Shown: in pieces, positions 50,161-60,070 of the stretch
Numbering within the stretch: the first letter of the stretch is position 1
How the letters are laid out: each line of letters opens with the position of its first letter
Source of the DNA: Chloroflexota bacterium
GTDB taxonomy: Bacteria > Chloroflexota > Anaerolineae > Anaerolineales > Villigracilaceae
Direction: 5' to 3'
Assembly (NCBI GenBank): GCA_024224815.1
Contig: JAAENC010000726.1
Coordinates: 3,774-67,773 of the forward strand
Length of the DNA: 64,000 bases
Position numbers and translations under genes: made by a program
The notes under the pieces: generated by a model
What the model was told of the DNA's origin: nothing
Database searches by the model: none
The model's input: only the letters and a program-made list of their open reading frames with translations

Positions 50161-52605
50161 TTATATATCTTTATTTTGTTCTGCTAATCCCTCTGAGACA
50201 GCCCAGGAAACAGCTTCTGTGCGGTTTTTGGCCCCCAACTTTTTAAGGATGCTGCTAACGTGTTTTTCTACTGTTTTCAGCACAACAACCAGGGTTTCTG
50301 CAATTTCATCGTTGCTTTTCCCTTGAGCCAGTTGAAGCAGCACATCACGCTCACGCGCAGTGAGCAAGTTTTGGGCCAAGTTCGATGCGGATGAAGATTT
50401 CTGTATAAGGCATTTTTCGAGGATAAAGTTTATTGTTTCATCCAGTGTTTGCGTGTTTCCCTTTTCCCATTCTGTATCGTAAATAGCTTTGCCAAGTCTG
50501 GCGCGAGTGCTAAGTATGGCTTTTTCATAGCCATACCAAATATGGGTACTATGAATCTTTTTATGTTCTTGTTTTAGTGCGTCTATTGCTCCAAAAAGGT
50601 GAGCTGTAGATGAGTATTTTTTTGTTAAAAAACATAAACGGGCGGCATTTTGAAAATTCCCAATGAAAAGGTCTTTGTCTATCTGCTCTATATTTAGGGA
50701 GAGTGCTTTTTGAAGTGATGTGGATGCATGCTTAAGATTCTTTTGTTCAAGCATAATGTGAGCTTGAGAGATCAGAGCCCAAGTTAGTATCTGTGAAAAT
50801 TGAAACTCTTGAGCAAGGTGAATAGCCTGCTCATTTAGCTCGAAAGCTTCTTCTATTTCACCTTTTTCAAAAAGTTCTTCTGCTAATCGAGAACTTGAGG
50901 CTGCGATAAGGTAGGGATTGTTATTTTTCTTGGCAAATTTCAATGCGTGTTCAGCGTGATATAGATTGAAAGCACTATTGCTTAATAACTGGTACTGGTC
51001 ACTTAAATTATAGTGTGAGCGTGCTTGCCCCCAATCATCTTTGAGTTTTTGGTATAAGGCCAGGCTTTGTTCACAGAGATCGCGCGCTTTCTGGGAATTA
51101 CCACTCAGCCCTAAACATACACCGATGTTATTTAATGTGAATGCAATTTTGCTCTCATCTCCAAGATGTTGATATAGCTCGAGGCTTTTCTGATGGAATT
51201 TACGCGCTCTTTCTAAATCTGCTCTTAGCCAAGAATGAGTTCCGACTATGCTATAGACATTGGCTTTCACCGTTAAGAAATCTTTTTTTTCAGAGTCGAT
51301 TTTTTCAATATCTAAAAGAGCACGCTCAGAGAATGTAATTAATTCATTGAAATAGGCGCGGATCATCCAGTATTGTTCCAGATATGAGAGAATCCAAAAT
51401 CCATTTAGCCAAAGCGTTGAAATAGGGGCAGCAATTAGGCTGATTTCCATTGCAAGGACGATATTGGCGTATTCAAGGTCGATGGTTTTCAGCCAGCTTA
51501 TTTGCTCTCTCCCTTCTAAGCCCATCGCTGCATTTTTTGAAAGCTCTAGATACAACTCAACATAAGCTTCTTTGATGATTGATAGTTCTTTTGCATTGCG
51601 AAGCTCGTTCCAGCAGAATTCACGGATCGATTCGAGCATAAAGAAACGGGTGCTGTCAGCTTCTTCAAAAGAAGGTTTGACCAGACTTTTGTCTACCAAG
51701 GAGGAGATCAGGTCTATAGCCTGAATTTCGTCGATATTCATTAAGGTAGAAAGTGTTTCTATGCTAAAGGTAGAGGGAAAAACAGATGCATATCTTAGTG
51801 CGCGCTGTTCGCTTGAATCTAAGAGGCTATAACTCCATGCGATCATTTTGCGTAGGGATTGCTGGCGTTCGGGCAAATCTTTTGTTCCAGCTGAGAAGAG
51901 GTCTAACATACGGGTAGCAGGTTCAATATCCGGTTTGAGACGATCAAGAAGTCTTTGCGGGGTAAAAAGTTTTGTGCGGAGGGCGGCTAATTCTACGGCC
52001 AGAGGTAATCCATCTAATCGGTGGCAAAGTTTTTTTATCGCTTTGTTCTCTTTTTCTGATGTGTTGAGATCGGGTTTTACTGCCAAAGCACGTTGCATAA
52101 ATAGTTCTACAGCAGCACTCGAAGAAAGAGACTTAACGGGGTATAGCTGCTCAATGCGCAACTGCAAAGGCTCTCGGCTGGTGACAATAATTTGGAGATC
52201 AGGTAAGGTTTGAAGCAATTCATTAACCTGTGATGCGCCGTCCATGATATGCTCAAAATTATCTAAAATAAGCAGAAGTTTTTTTGCCGAAAGGGACTCT
52301 TTAATATTCTCAAGGGTGCTTTTTTGTGCATCTTGTTTAATTTTGAGCGTATGTGCGATCTCGAGGAGTATTCTCTCACTTTGGGTGAGAGGAGCCAGGT
52401 TAACAAAAAACACACCATCAGGATATTTTTCCAGGCGTGATGATGCAAAATGTATAGCGAGGGTTGTTTTACCGATACCACCTAAGCCCGTTAGCGTGAG
52501 TAAGCGAAGAATATCTTTTGCAAATAATTGTTGCAAAAATTTTATGTCTTCTTCGCGTCCAATGATATTGCTGTGGCTATAGGGCAGGTTAGAAAACTTT
52601 TCCAT
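50161..52605 (-). CDS. LuxR-family regulator with N-terminal STAND/NB-ARC-type ATPase and TPR region (LAL/MalT-like)
   Basis: GLGGIGKTTLA Walker A, LLLILDNFEH Walker B, TPR-like middle, C-terminal LTARERDVLLQLAQGKSNDEIAETL...VEKHVSSILKKLG HTH. I prefer the ATG at 52605; the track start at 52632 is TTG. Confidence 0.8.
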   Translation of the reverse strand: MEKFSNLPYSHSNIIGREEDIKFLQQLFAKDILRLLTLTGLGGIGKTTLAIHFASSRLEKYPDGVFFVNLAPLTQSERILLEIAHTLKIKQDAQKSTLENIKESLSAKKLLLILDNFEHIMDGASQVNELLQTLPDLQIIVTSREPLQLRIEQLYPVKSLSSSAAVELFMQRALAVKPDLNTSEKENKAIKKLCHRLDGLPLAVELAALRTKLFTPQRLLDRLKPDIEPATRMLDLFSAGTKDLPERQQSLRKMIAWSYSLLDSSEQRALRYASVFPSTFSIETLSTLMNIDEIQAIDLISSLVDKSLVKPSFEEADSTRFFMLESIREFCWNELRNAKELSIIKEAYVELYLELSKNAAMGLEGREQISWLKTIDLEYANIVLAMEISLIAAPISTLWLNGFWILSYLEQYWMIRAYFNELITFSERALLDIEKIDSEKKDFLTVKANVYSIVGTHSWLRADLERARKFHQKSLELYQHLGDESKIAFTLNNIGVCLGLSGNSQKARDLCEQSLALYQKLKDDWGQARSHYNLSDQYQLLSNSAFNLYHAEHALKFAKKNNNPYLIAASSSRLAEELFEKGEIEEAFELNEQAIHLAQEFQFSQILTWALISQAHIMLEQKNLKHASTSLQKALSLNIEQIDKDLFIGNFQNAARLCFLTKKYSSTAHLFGAIDALKQEHKKIHSTHIWYGYEKAILSTRARLGKAIYDTEWEKGNTQTLDETINFILEKCLIQKSSSASNLAQNLLTARERDVLLQLAQGKSNDEIAETLVVVLKTVEKHVSSILKKLGAKNRTEAVSWAVSEGLAEQNKDI

Positions 52606-52690
52606 CAGAAAATTATAGCAGGGAAAGACCAAATTAGACCAAAATGGTATACTAATCTTTCGCGTTTTTGCGAAGAAAATAAAACAAATG

Positions 52691-52699
52691 TGCTATAAT
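52691..52699 (+). promoter_or_regulatory. Extended -10 element TGCTATAAT upstream of uvrA
   Basis: Exact TGnTATAAT about 50 nt upstream of the uvrA ATG. I recognised no LexA-type palindrome nearby. Confidence 0.35.
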
Positions 52700-52748
52700 T
52701 CTCTTTCACCTTTTGCACATAATTTCTCTATATTTCAAAGGTTTTCCT

Positions 52749-55628
52749 ATGGCTCAAAACGTAATTCGCGTGGTTGGCGCGCGTGTTCATAATCTTAAAA
52801 ATATCACCGTTGAGATTCCGCGTGATAAGTTTGTTGTCATCACCGGTCTCTCCGGTTCCGGCAAATCATCCCTCGCTTTTGATACGATTTTCGCCGAAGG
52901 TCAGCGACGTTATGTAGAGTCGCTTTCGGCTTATGCACGGCAATTTATCGGGCAGATGGATAAGCCGGATGTTGACTATATTGACGGTTTATCTCCCGCT
53001 GTTTCGATTGACCAAAAATCCACATCGCATAATCCCCGCTCAACGGTGGGAACGGTAACGGAGATTTACGATTATCTACGTCTGCTTTATGCGCGGGTTG
53101 GGATTCCGCATTGCCCCGAATGTGGGCGGGAAGTCGTCAAACAATCGGCGCAAGAAATAGTGGATAAAGTCGAAACGCTCCCGGATGGAAGCAGGATACT
53201 GGTTCTCGCACCTTTAGTCCGTGCCCGAAAAGGGACTTACCAAGCCGTTTTCGAAGAGATTCGCAAGGCCGGTTTTGCACGTGTTCGTGTAGATGGCGAT
53301 GTCCGCTCATTGGATGAAGAATTTGACCTTGATCGCTATAAAATCCACACCATCGAAGCTGTTGTAGATCGGCTTATTATTCGCCATCACGAAGATGAAG
53401 AAGAGAGACAAGCTGCGCTTTCACGATTAACAGATTCTATCGAAACAGCACTCAAATTTGGCGATGGATATATGACCGTTGCACTTACGCCTCGTGAAGG
53501 CGAAGGCCACGATATTCACTATTCCGAACATCTCGCTTGCCCGGAGCATGGAACAAGCATCTCCGAAATTGCGCCGCGTACTTTTTCCTTTAACACTCCG
53601 CACGGCGCGTGTCCTACTTGTGAAGGGTTGGGCCATAAACTCGAAATTGACCCCGATCTGCTCATCACAAATAAAGACCTTTCGCTTAATGGTGGTGCAA
53701 TTGGCGCATCCGAATGGAGCGGCCCGCGCGAAGAGGGTGGTTATTATTGGCAGACTCTTGATGCCGCCGCGCAGCACTATAAAATCGATCTTGATAAACC
53801 GGCGAATAAATTAACAGAAGAAGAGTTAGAAATTATTCTCTACGGCAGCAAAGGCGAAGAATTTACGATTGTTTATCAGAACGCAAAAGGGAATGAATAT
53901 ACTTTTCAGCGCTCTTTTGAAGGCGTAATTGGCAATCTCGAACGCCGTTATAGAGAAACCAGCTCAGAATATATGCGCAAACGCATCGACGAATTTATGT
54001 CGCAGAAAGCTTGCCCCGAATGTGGCGGCGCGCGTCTGCGAAAAGAAGCCATCGCGGTCACCATCGCCGATAAAAATATCATCGAGATTACCACGCTTCC
54101 CGTCGCCGATGCGTTGGCGTGGGCAGAAACTTTGCACGATATTCTGAATGCCCGAGACAAGATCATTGCCGAACGCGTGATGAAAGAAATTCAGGCACGG
54201 CTCGGATTTTTGGTGAATGTTGGGCTTGATTATCTGACGATCAATCGCTCGGCGGGAAGTTTGTCTGGCGGCGAAGCGCAGCGAATCCGTTTGGCAACGC
54301 AGGTTGGCTCACGGCTCGTTGGCGTGCTTTATGTTTTGGATGAACCCTCCATTGGATTGCATCCGCGCGATAATATGCGATTGCTGAAAACGCTCGAAGG
54401 TCTGCGAGATTTGGGGAATACCGTCCTTGTCGTTGAGCATGATGACGAAACCATAATGACTGCCGATTGGATACTTGATCTCGGCCCCCGCGCTGGTGAA
54501 CATGGTGGTGAAATTGTGGCAGAAGGCACGCCGGAGGCGATTTTAGCGCATCCCAAGTCTCTGACCGGGGCATATCTCTCTAAACGGATGCAAGTGCCGG
54601 TCCCGAGCGAACGTAGAAATGGGAATGGTAAAAAACTGACGGTAGTCGGTGCTCGGGCAAATAATCTTAAGAATATCGATATAGACATCCCCCTGGGAAG
54701 ATTGGTTTGTATCACGGGTGTGTCAGGTTCAGGCAAATCGACGTTGATGGGCGATATTCTCTATCAGTCTTTGGCGAAAACCTTAAACCGCGCACGGACG
54801 CTGCCCGCCGAACATGATGAAATTTTGGGCGTGGAGCATCTGGATAAGATTATCAATATCAATCAGTCGCCAATTGGGCGCACGCCGCGCTCGAACCCGG
54901 GGACCTATACGGGGCTTTTTGATGAGATGCGTAAACTTTTTGCGCAGTTGCCAGAGAGCAAAGTGCGCGGCTATAAGCCCGGGCGTTTTTCTTTCAATGT
55001 GCATGGCGGGCGTTGTGAGGCTTGCTCCGGGCAGGGACAATTGCGGATCGAGATGCAATTTTTGCCTGATGTTTATGTGCCTTGCGATGTTTGCCACGGT
55101 TCGCGTTTCAATCGGGAAACTTTGCAGGTGAAATACCGCAATGAATTCAGCATCGCCGATATTTTGGATATGCCGATTGACCGCGCTGCTGAGATTTTTA
55201 AAGATTTCCCGAAGATGATCAAAAAGCTCGATGTATTGAACGAAGTCGGGCTGGGATATATCCGTGTGGGGCAATCTGCGCCGACGCTTTCGGGCGGCGA
55301 AGCGCAGCGCGTGAAATTGGCGAAGGAACTTTCCAAACGCTCTACAGGGCGCACACTTTATGTACTCGATGAACCATCCGTTGGTTTGCACGCGGCCGAT
55401 GTGCACAAACTGATCGAAGTCCTGCAACGTCTTGTGGAAGGTGGAAATTCGGTGCTGATCATTGAGCATAATGCCGACATCATCAAAACTGCAGACTGGA
55501 TTATCGACTTAGGCCCCGAAGGCGGTGATAAAGGCGGTACACTGGTCGCGGCAGGTACGCCGGAAGAGATTTGTGATGTGAAAGAGTCTTATACTGGGGA
55601 TTTCTTGAAGGATTATTTGGGGGAATAG
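52749..55628 (+). CDS. uvrA: Excinuclease ABC subunit A
   Basis: [19 protein letters not shown]...[14 protein letters not shown], two ABC modules, zinc-finger Cys clusters. ATG at 52749; the track start is TTG at 52713. Confidence 0.95.
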   Translation: MAQNVIRVVGARVHNLKNITVEIPRDKFVVITGLSGSGKSSLAFDTIFAEGQRRYVESLSAYARQFIGQMDKPDVDYIDGLSPAVSIDQKSTSHNPRSTVGTVTEIYDYLRLLYARVGIPHCPECGREVVKQSAQEIVDKVETLPDGSRILVLAPLVRARKGTYQAVFEEIRKAGFARVRVDGDVRSLDEEFDLDRYKIHTIEAVVDRLIIRHHEDEEERQAALSRLTDSIETALKFGDGYMTVALTPREGEGHDIHYSEHLACPEHGTSISEIAPRTFSFNTPHGACPTCEGLGHKLEIDPDLLITNKDLSLNGGAIGASEWSGPREEGGYYWQTLDAAAQHYKIDLDKPANKLTEEELEIILYGSKGEEFTIVYQNAKGNEYTFQRSFEGVIGNLERRYRETSSEYMRKRIDEFMSQKACPECGGARLRKEAIAVTIADKNIIEITTLPVADALAWAETLHDILNARDKIIAERVMKEIQARLGFLVNVGLDYLTINRSAGSLSGGEAQRIRLATQVGSRLVGVLYVLDEPSIGLHPRDNMRLLKTLEGLRDLGNTVLVVEHDDETIMTADWILDLGPRAGEHGGEIVAEGTPEAILAHPKSLTGAYLSKRMQVPVPSERRNGNGKKLTVVGARANNLKNIDIDIPLGRLVCITGVSGSGKSTLMGDILYQSLAKTLNRARTLPAEHDEILGVEHLDKIININQSPIGRTPRSNPGTYTGLFDEMRKLFAQLPESKVRGYKPGRFSFNVHGGRCEACSGQGQLRIEMQFLPDVYVPCDVCHGSRFNRETLQVKYRNEFSIADILDMPIDRAAEIFKDFPKMIKKLDVLNEVGLGYIRVGQSAPTLSGGEAQRVKLAKELSKRSTGRTLYVLDEPSVGLHAADVHKLIEVLQRLVEGGNSVLIIEHNADIIKTADWIIDLGPEGGDKGGTLVAAGTPEEICDVKESYTGDFLKDYLGE

Positions 55629-55651
55629 GGGATTGGAGATTAGGAATCAGG

Positions 55652-55688
55652 GAAGGCTGACGGTGATGCTGTCAGCCTTCTTTTTTAT
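55652..55688 (+). terminator. Intrinsic terminator of uvrA
   Basis: GAAGGCTGAC, 9-nt loop, GTCAGCCTTC, followed by TTTTTTAT. Confidence 0.8.
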
Positions 55689-55740
55689 CCGTGAAAAGGA
55701 AAAAATAGGGGAATTATCGCAAAGTTTGGAATGTAATTAT

Positions 55741-56466
55741 TTATGCTCCGACAAAGGCACCTCTGCGTGGCATCTGACTCCAAATTTTCCCTTGCAACTC
55801 TCTTCCTGCCTTTTTCTTTTGTACACCACCCCATTGCTTGAAGAAAAAAGGAGTTTGAGATTCAATACATTGGTCTCGAATTTCAGTTACCCATTCTTCT
55901 TTTATCGGTCTTGATTTTGGGCCTGATTCTCCACCTACAATTGCCCAGTCAATACCGTCTAAGTTCAGATTTGGGAGAGAACCCAGCAAAGGCTCAAGGG
56001 ATAGAAATTTCGTCTTTGCATCTGTTTTTCGTAAATAATCAATACGGTAGGCATAATCGTTATTTTCTACGCTAACACCCATCCAGATATTGTCAGCCCA
56101 CTTAAGTTGTGGGTTTAGTTCAGCCAAACGTTCCGCGCGTTTTGTTAGTATCTGAAATTTATGCCAGTGTGCTTCTCGCATTACTTTAAAAATGGATTGA
56201 ATGAATTCCACGGAAACGTCTTTATGAAAAAGGTCGCTCATGGAATTGACAAAGATAGTTTGCGGCTTTTTCCATTTTAGCGGATCTGCCACAACTTGTG
56301 GATGTTCTGTCAGTTCAAATTCATTTATATATTTTTTTTGCCCCATTGCTTTTAATCGCTTTGACATTCTTTCAGCGTAACAATTTTTACAACCAGGACT
56401 AACTTTTGTACATCCCGTGAGGGGGTTCCAAGTGGATTCTGTCCATTCTATGGTTGAGTTTGACAT
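55741..56466 (-). CDS. Phage Gp37/Gp68-family (DUF5131) three-Cys-motif protein
   Basis: 241 aa. [27 protein letters not shown] (C-x6-C-x2-C), with later [10 protein letters not shown] and SLEPLLG, matches my memory of PF07505 members. Confidence 0.75.
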   Translation of the reverse strand: MSNSTIEWTESTWNPLTGCTKVSPGCKNCYAERMSKRLKAMGQKKYINEFELTEHPQVVADPLKWKKPQTIFVNSMSDLFHKDVSVEFIQSIFKVMREAHWHKFQILTKRAERLAELNPQLKWADNIWMGVSVENNDYAYRIDYLRKTDAKTKFLSLEPLLGSLPNLNLDGIDWAIVGGESGPKSRPIKEEWVTEIRDQCIESQTPFFFKQWGGVQKKKAGRELQGKIWSQMPRRGAFVGA

Positions 56467-56528
56467 AAGTTGCTCCGTTATCTGAAATCTCTCTTAAATA
56501 ATAGCTCGTTTGTTCTTTTTTGTCCATG

Positions 56529-57395
56529 TTACAGCAATCTTCTTTGACCATTTATATCAACTTGCGTCCCTTGTTTCCAAAATTTGTGTCCTAATTTATG
56601 TTTACTGGCAAAAACAAGTCTGTATAAAGGCGCATTAGTTTGAGCTGTTTTCATAAGGGGTTCTGGAGAATCTATGTCAACATATCCTAATGCCTTTAAT
56701 TTATCTTGGTAGTAATCCATAAGTTCACGATGCAACCCTTTCTTTGAAGATTTGTATTGCCATGTTTTATAGATTTGTCTCCAACCTTCATCTCCAAAAA
56801 ACTTATCAATTATAGTTTCATCGGTAGAAGCATAACAACGGTCAAGGTTTCTTGTAAGCCCGCTTTGGGAATAATGAATGACCATATCCATTATTTTGAT
56901 TTGCGCTAAAGCTTCTACAGTTCTCCATTCCAACTCCAAACCATCTGGGTCAAGAAAAACTAAATTGAACGAGGGCCATTTACCTGAGATGAATTTTTTA
57001 TCAGCGATCTGAAGTTCTCTTACAATTTCTTTAACTTTTTCGTTTGCATCTCCAACATAAAACTTCTTCTGAAGCGGCAATGACGAACTTCGTTCTCGAA
57101 GAATGTCAATATTCTTTTCAATATAATCCACAAAATAATAATGAGTAAATGGGTGCTGTGTAGTTAATGCTAACAATGGAGAACCTAAATGAATATCATT
57201 TGTGCCTTTCAACTCAAACTTTCCTGTCCCTGAGAACATATCAATATAGCTGCGTTGTCTCCAAGGCTTGCCGCGCATAGATGTCGCAGATTGAGAGATA
57301 TATTTTTTCAAATACTCCACTTTTTGGATTGTCCATTTTCCAAATTCTCTGGTTGGCAATCCATCATCTTCCGGTAGCAGATATTTATTTTTCAT
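56529..57395 (-). CDS. tcmP: Three-Cys-motif partner protein TcmP-like (methyltransferase-like fold)
   Basis: 288 aa. N-terminal WTIQKVEYLKKYISQ, then YIDMFSGTG (SAM-motif-I-like) and VFLDPDGLELEW. Lies immediately upstream of the DUF5131 gene. RBS GGGAG. Confidence 0.65.
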   Translation of the reverse strand: MKNKYLLPEDDGLPTREFGKWTIQKVEYLKKYISQSATSMRGKPWRQRSYIDMFSGTGKFELKGTNDIHLGSPLLALTTQHPFTHYYFVDYIEKNIDILRERSSSLPLQKKFYVGDANEKVKEIVRELQIADKKFISGKWPSFNLVFLDPDGLELEWRTVEALAQIKIMDMVIHYSQSGLTRNLDRCYASTDETIIDKFFGDEGWRQIYKTWQYKSSKKGLHRELMDYYQDKLKALGYVDIDSPEPLMKTAQTNAPLYRLVFASKHKLGHKFWKQGTQVDINGQRRLL

Positions 57396-57603
57396 ATTTT
57401 CTCCCTTTTTGTAGTGGCTCTATTTTCGTTAATAGAGGATATCTATTATAAATTTTATGCCCTAATTATACCTGCTGTAGCCTTGAGCGTCTCTATAGCC
57501 TTATCCGCTTTGTAAAAGGTAAAGCTATGAGTATGTGAATTTTATTTGGCATCATGAGGAGTTTCCTTGTCCCAGTTTGTGTTTCTTGATTATACAATGC
57601 ATC

Positions 57604-57650
57604 TGAACGGAAAAGTTGGTAAACTTCGCTTTCAACAAAAAAGAGAAAAC
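57604..57650 (+). repeat. 47-nt conserved sequence (copy 1; 44/47 identical to 61702-61748)
   Basis: ACAATGCATCTGAACGGAAAAGTTGGTAAACTTCGCTTTCAACAAAA versus ACAATGCGTCTGAACAGAAAAGTTGGTAAACTTCACTTTCAACAAAA. Confidence 0.85.
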
Positions 57651-57656
57651 CTGACA

Positions 57657-57690
57657 GGTCTCCAAGACCTGTCAGGTTTTATGATTTATA
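57657..57690 (+). terminator. Strong hairpin with U tract (AAAACCTGACAGGTC-TCCAA-GACCTGTCAGGTTTT)
   Basis: 14-15 bp perfect stem followed by TTTTAT. The arms share the CCTGACAGGT core with 23251-23283. Confidence 0.6.
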
Positions 57691-57729
57691 TGCAATATTT
57701 TCTTTTATGTAAAGGACGCTTGACTTAAT

Positions 57730-57758
57730 TTTTGTCTTATTATACAATGTGAATGTCA
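57730..57758 (+). promoter_or_regulatory. Sigma-70-type promoter TTGACT-17-TACAAT
   Basis: TTGACT at 57730-57735, a 17-nt spacer, TACAAT at 57753-57758, about 27 nt upstream of the RBS-preceded ATG at 57785. Confidence 0.55.
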
Positions 57759-57784
57759 AGCAAGCTTTACATAAGGAGTGTAAA

Positions 57785-58342
57785 ATGGAAAGAGTTCATT
57801 CAAAAGAAGAAGAAAAAAAGAATATGATTACAACCAGTATCACATGGGCTTCTGTGGGGCTTTTAAACGCTTATGCTTTTGGCTTTTCCTTAGTGATTGG
57901 GTTGCTAGGTGGTGCATTATTTGGCGCAGCAACTGGTTTCCGCGTTAGCCGCCGTCCGCCGAAAATGCGTTTTCCCTGGTATTTATTTCGACAAATCATG
58001 AACGCGGTCACATTCTTTGTTCTGACAAGTGCAATATACGCTTATTTCCTTGACGAGACATTAAACCAGTCTCAAAAGTTTTGGGCAACCATTCCCCCTA
58101 TGTTAGGAATAATTGTTCTTATTATCACCGTAGGTAGAGCAATTGCTAGTCTCGATGAACTTCAACGCCGTATACAAACAGAAGCCATAGCTCTCGCTTT
58201 TGCGGGGACAGCTATCTTTGTCGGTGTTTATGCGCTCTTTCAATTTGCCGGGCTAGACGAAGTGAATATCGGCGTTGTTTTTATCGTCATGGCCCTAATG
58301 TGGCTGCTCACCAAAATGTGGACAATGTGGAAATACCGATGA
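57785..58342 (+). CDS. Hypothetical 4-TM membrane protein
   Basis: ATG at 57785 preceded by AAGGAG. The longer track ORF starts inside the promoter. Stop overlaps the next start (ATGA). Confidence 0.6.
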   Translation: MERVHSKEEEKKNMITTSITWASVGLLNAYAFGFSLVIGLLGGALFGAATGFRVSRRPPKMRFPWYLFRQIMNAVTFFVLTSAIYAYFLDETLNQSQKFWATIPPMLGIIVLIITVGRAIASLDELQRRIQTEAIALAFAGTAIFVGVYALFQFAGLDEVNIGVVFIVMALMWLLTKMWTMWKYR

Positions 58343-58542
58343 AAAATCGCCTAAAAAGCTTACGAGCAGAGCAAGGTTGGTCTCAAGCACAATTGGGAGA
58401 AAGGTTAGATGTCTCACGACAAACGATCAACGCCATAGAACGAGGGAAATATGATCCTAGTTTGCCGCTGGCATTTAAAATCGCAAAACTCTTTGACTAC
58501 AAAATTGAAGATGTTTTCATCCCGGATGAGCCAGATACATAA
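58339..58542 (+). CDS. XRE-family HTH transcriptional regulator (YozG-like, ~67 aa)
   Basis: MKNRLKSLRAEQGWSQAQLGERLDVSRQTINAIERGKYDPSLPLAFKIAKLF. Confidence 0.85.
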   Translation: MKNRLKSLRAEQGWSQAQLGERLDVSRQTINAIERGKYDPSLPLAFKIAKLFDYKIEDVFIPDEPDT

Positions 58543-58546
58543 ATTT

Positions 58547-59704
58547 TCAAGAATTACTCTTTCTTCTTCCAAAAAGAAATATCGGTATTTGACGCAATAA
58601 AATAATCACAGATAAGACAAACATCAAAATCGTTGCACTTATATCCTGAAAAAGAAAGGGGATTGATATAGCAATTACGCCAAAAAGCAGTTTCACAAAG
58701 ACAGGGGTAGAAGGCTTCTGTGAATTACTTTCATCTTTATTTAGAGTCATTTCTATCAGGCTGACCAGTATCATCACAAAACCGAGCGAAACTGAAAGCA
58801 AGATCTTCTCCGGGCTATGAGCATGATCCAAGACCACAGCCGCAATCCCAACAGCGCTGGCAATGATGGCGATATTCAGAAAAATATGGGCATAAACCCA
58901 GCCTGCCATTCTTAAGCCATCTTCGGGTTTATCGGGTAATTCTCGTTCTGAAACAGCATCGAAATACATTGCCCAAATAGAGAACCCGATCCAGAGAGCC
59001 AATAGTCCATTCACGAGTAAAAGGCTCGAAATATGATGAGAATCAGCCAGTGTATTTGCGGTGCTTGCAATCACTTCACCAACAACGATGATCGTTAGAA
59101 GCCCGTACCGCTCATCCACAGCAGATGCATTGATATTGGGCGGCAACTTGACCTGCTGATTTAGCGTGAACATCGGCCCAAGCACTTCCATCAAAATCGC
59201 CGCTCCCCACATATATAAGCGGGCACTTTCCCCAACAAATAAAGAGCCAATAATCAGAGCAATTGCAAGACTGGTAAATGCCATAAACCCGATACCGACG
59301 GGTTTATATTCCTTTACCTTCAAAGTCGCGTATAGAATCATGCCGAAGAAAATGACCCGCGAGACCAGATATGAAATCGCAAAGCCGGGGTAATTTTCGC
59401 CAAAACCATGATGCGTAAAAATCGTCATCCCGACGACGGGGATCATCATCAGGAAGGTGTACAAACGCTGAAAATGTTCTGTAGGTACAAATCTTTCTGT
59501 AAAATAGATCACGCTGCTCCACATCCACCACACGCTCAGAAACATGAAAATGAAAGTGCTAAATCCGCCCCAGCTAATGTCGGAGAGGAAGTTATGCGCG
59601 ATCCTGGCGATGATAACGACAAAGACCAAGTCGAAGAAAAGTTCCAGCCACGATACTTTGCGTTGTTTATGACGACTATCTGTTCTGAGTTCGATATTTT
59701 GCAT
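58547..59704 (-). CDS. Low-temperature-requirement protein A (LtrA)-family membrane protein
   Basis: 385 aa. VSWLELFFDLVFVVIIARIAH N-terminal motif. Polytopic. Confidence 0.75.
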   Translation of the reverse strand: MQNIELRTDSRHKQRKVSWLELFFDLVFVVIIARIAHNFLSDISWGGFSTFIFMFLSVWWMWSSVIYFTERFVPTEHFQRLYTFLMMIPVVGMTIFTHHGFGENYPGFAISYLVSRVIFFGMILYATLKVKEYKPVGIGFMAFTSLAIALIIGSLFVGESARLYMWGAAILMEVLGPMFTLNQQVKLPPNINASAVDERYGLLTIIVVGEVIASTANTLADSHHISSLLLVNGLLALWIGFSIWAMYFDAVSERELPDKPEDGLRMAGWVYAHIFLNIAIIASAVGIAAVVLDHAHSPEKILLSVSLGFVMILVSLIEMTLNKDESNSQKPSTPVFVKLLFGVIAISIPFLFQDISATILMFVLSVIILLRQIPIFLFGRRKSNS

Positions 59705-59733
59705 TTTGGATTCTCCTGAAAAGAAATTGGATT

Positions 59734-59814
59734 GTCATTGCGAGCTAGCTTTTTTGGCGAAGCAATCTCCATATTGGTGAAGGAGACTGCTTCGCAAGTG
59801 CGGCTCGCAGTGAC
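59734..59814. repeat. Complete nested-hairpin element GTCATTGCGAG..GAAGCAATCTCC..GGAGACTGCTTC..CTCGCAGTGAC
   Basis: Outer and inner inverted repeats. Sister of 26977-27066. Confidence 0.8.
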
Positions 59815-59833
59815 AATTATTGCTCAAGGAGTT

Positions 59834-59923
59834 GTGCGTCGCACCTGCTTCGATGAAAAGATGTTCATCGACAAGCATTTTATCTGTCGAAGGGCAGATT
59901 CCCATCGTTGTGGTGCGACGCAC
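59834..59923. repeat. GTGCGTCGCACC...GGTGCGACGCAC palindromic element (copy 4)
   Basis: Arms at 59834-59845 and 59912-59923. The interior again carries CTTCGATG/CATCGA-type inner repeats, as in copy 1. Confidence 0.8.
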
Positions 59924-60070
59924 ACTCTTTTTTAGCACGCTTCGCTCGTGATTTGGGCTTGAGAGCTGCTCCCAAGCAGATTCGCGACAATGGGCATAAT
60001 CTCTACGCCGCGAATCTGTTGGTTGATGGCACGCAAGTTGGGGACATGCGCGAAGCGGTTTTTCATCCCA

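Noticed and set aside
54783-55469. A 228-aa ORF, and several others of 93-135 aa, on the minus strand inside uvrA.
   Set aside because: They lie entirely antisense to an unmistakable UvrA coding frame. They have no RBS or recognisable motifs, and their Arg/Pro/His-rich composition is typical of shadow ORFs.
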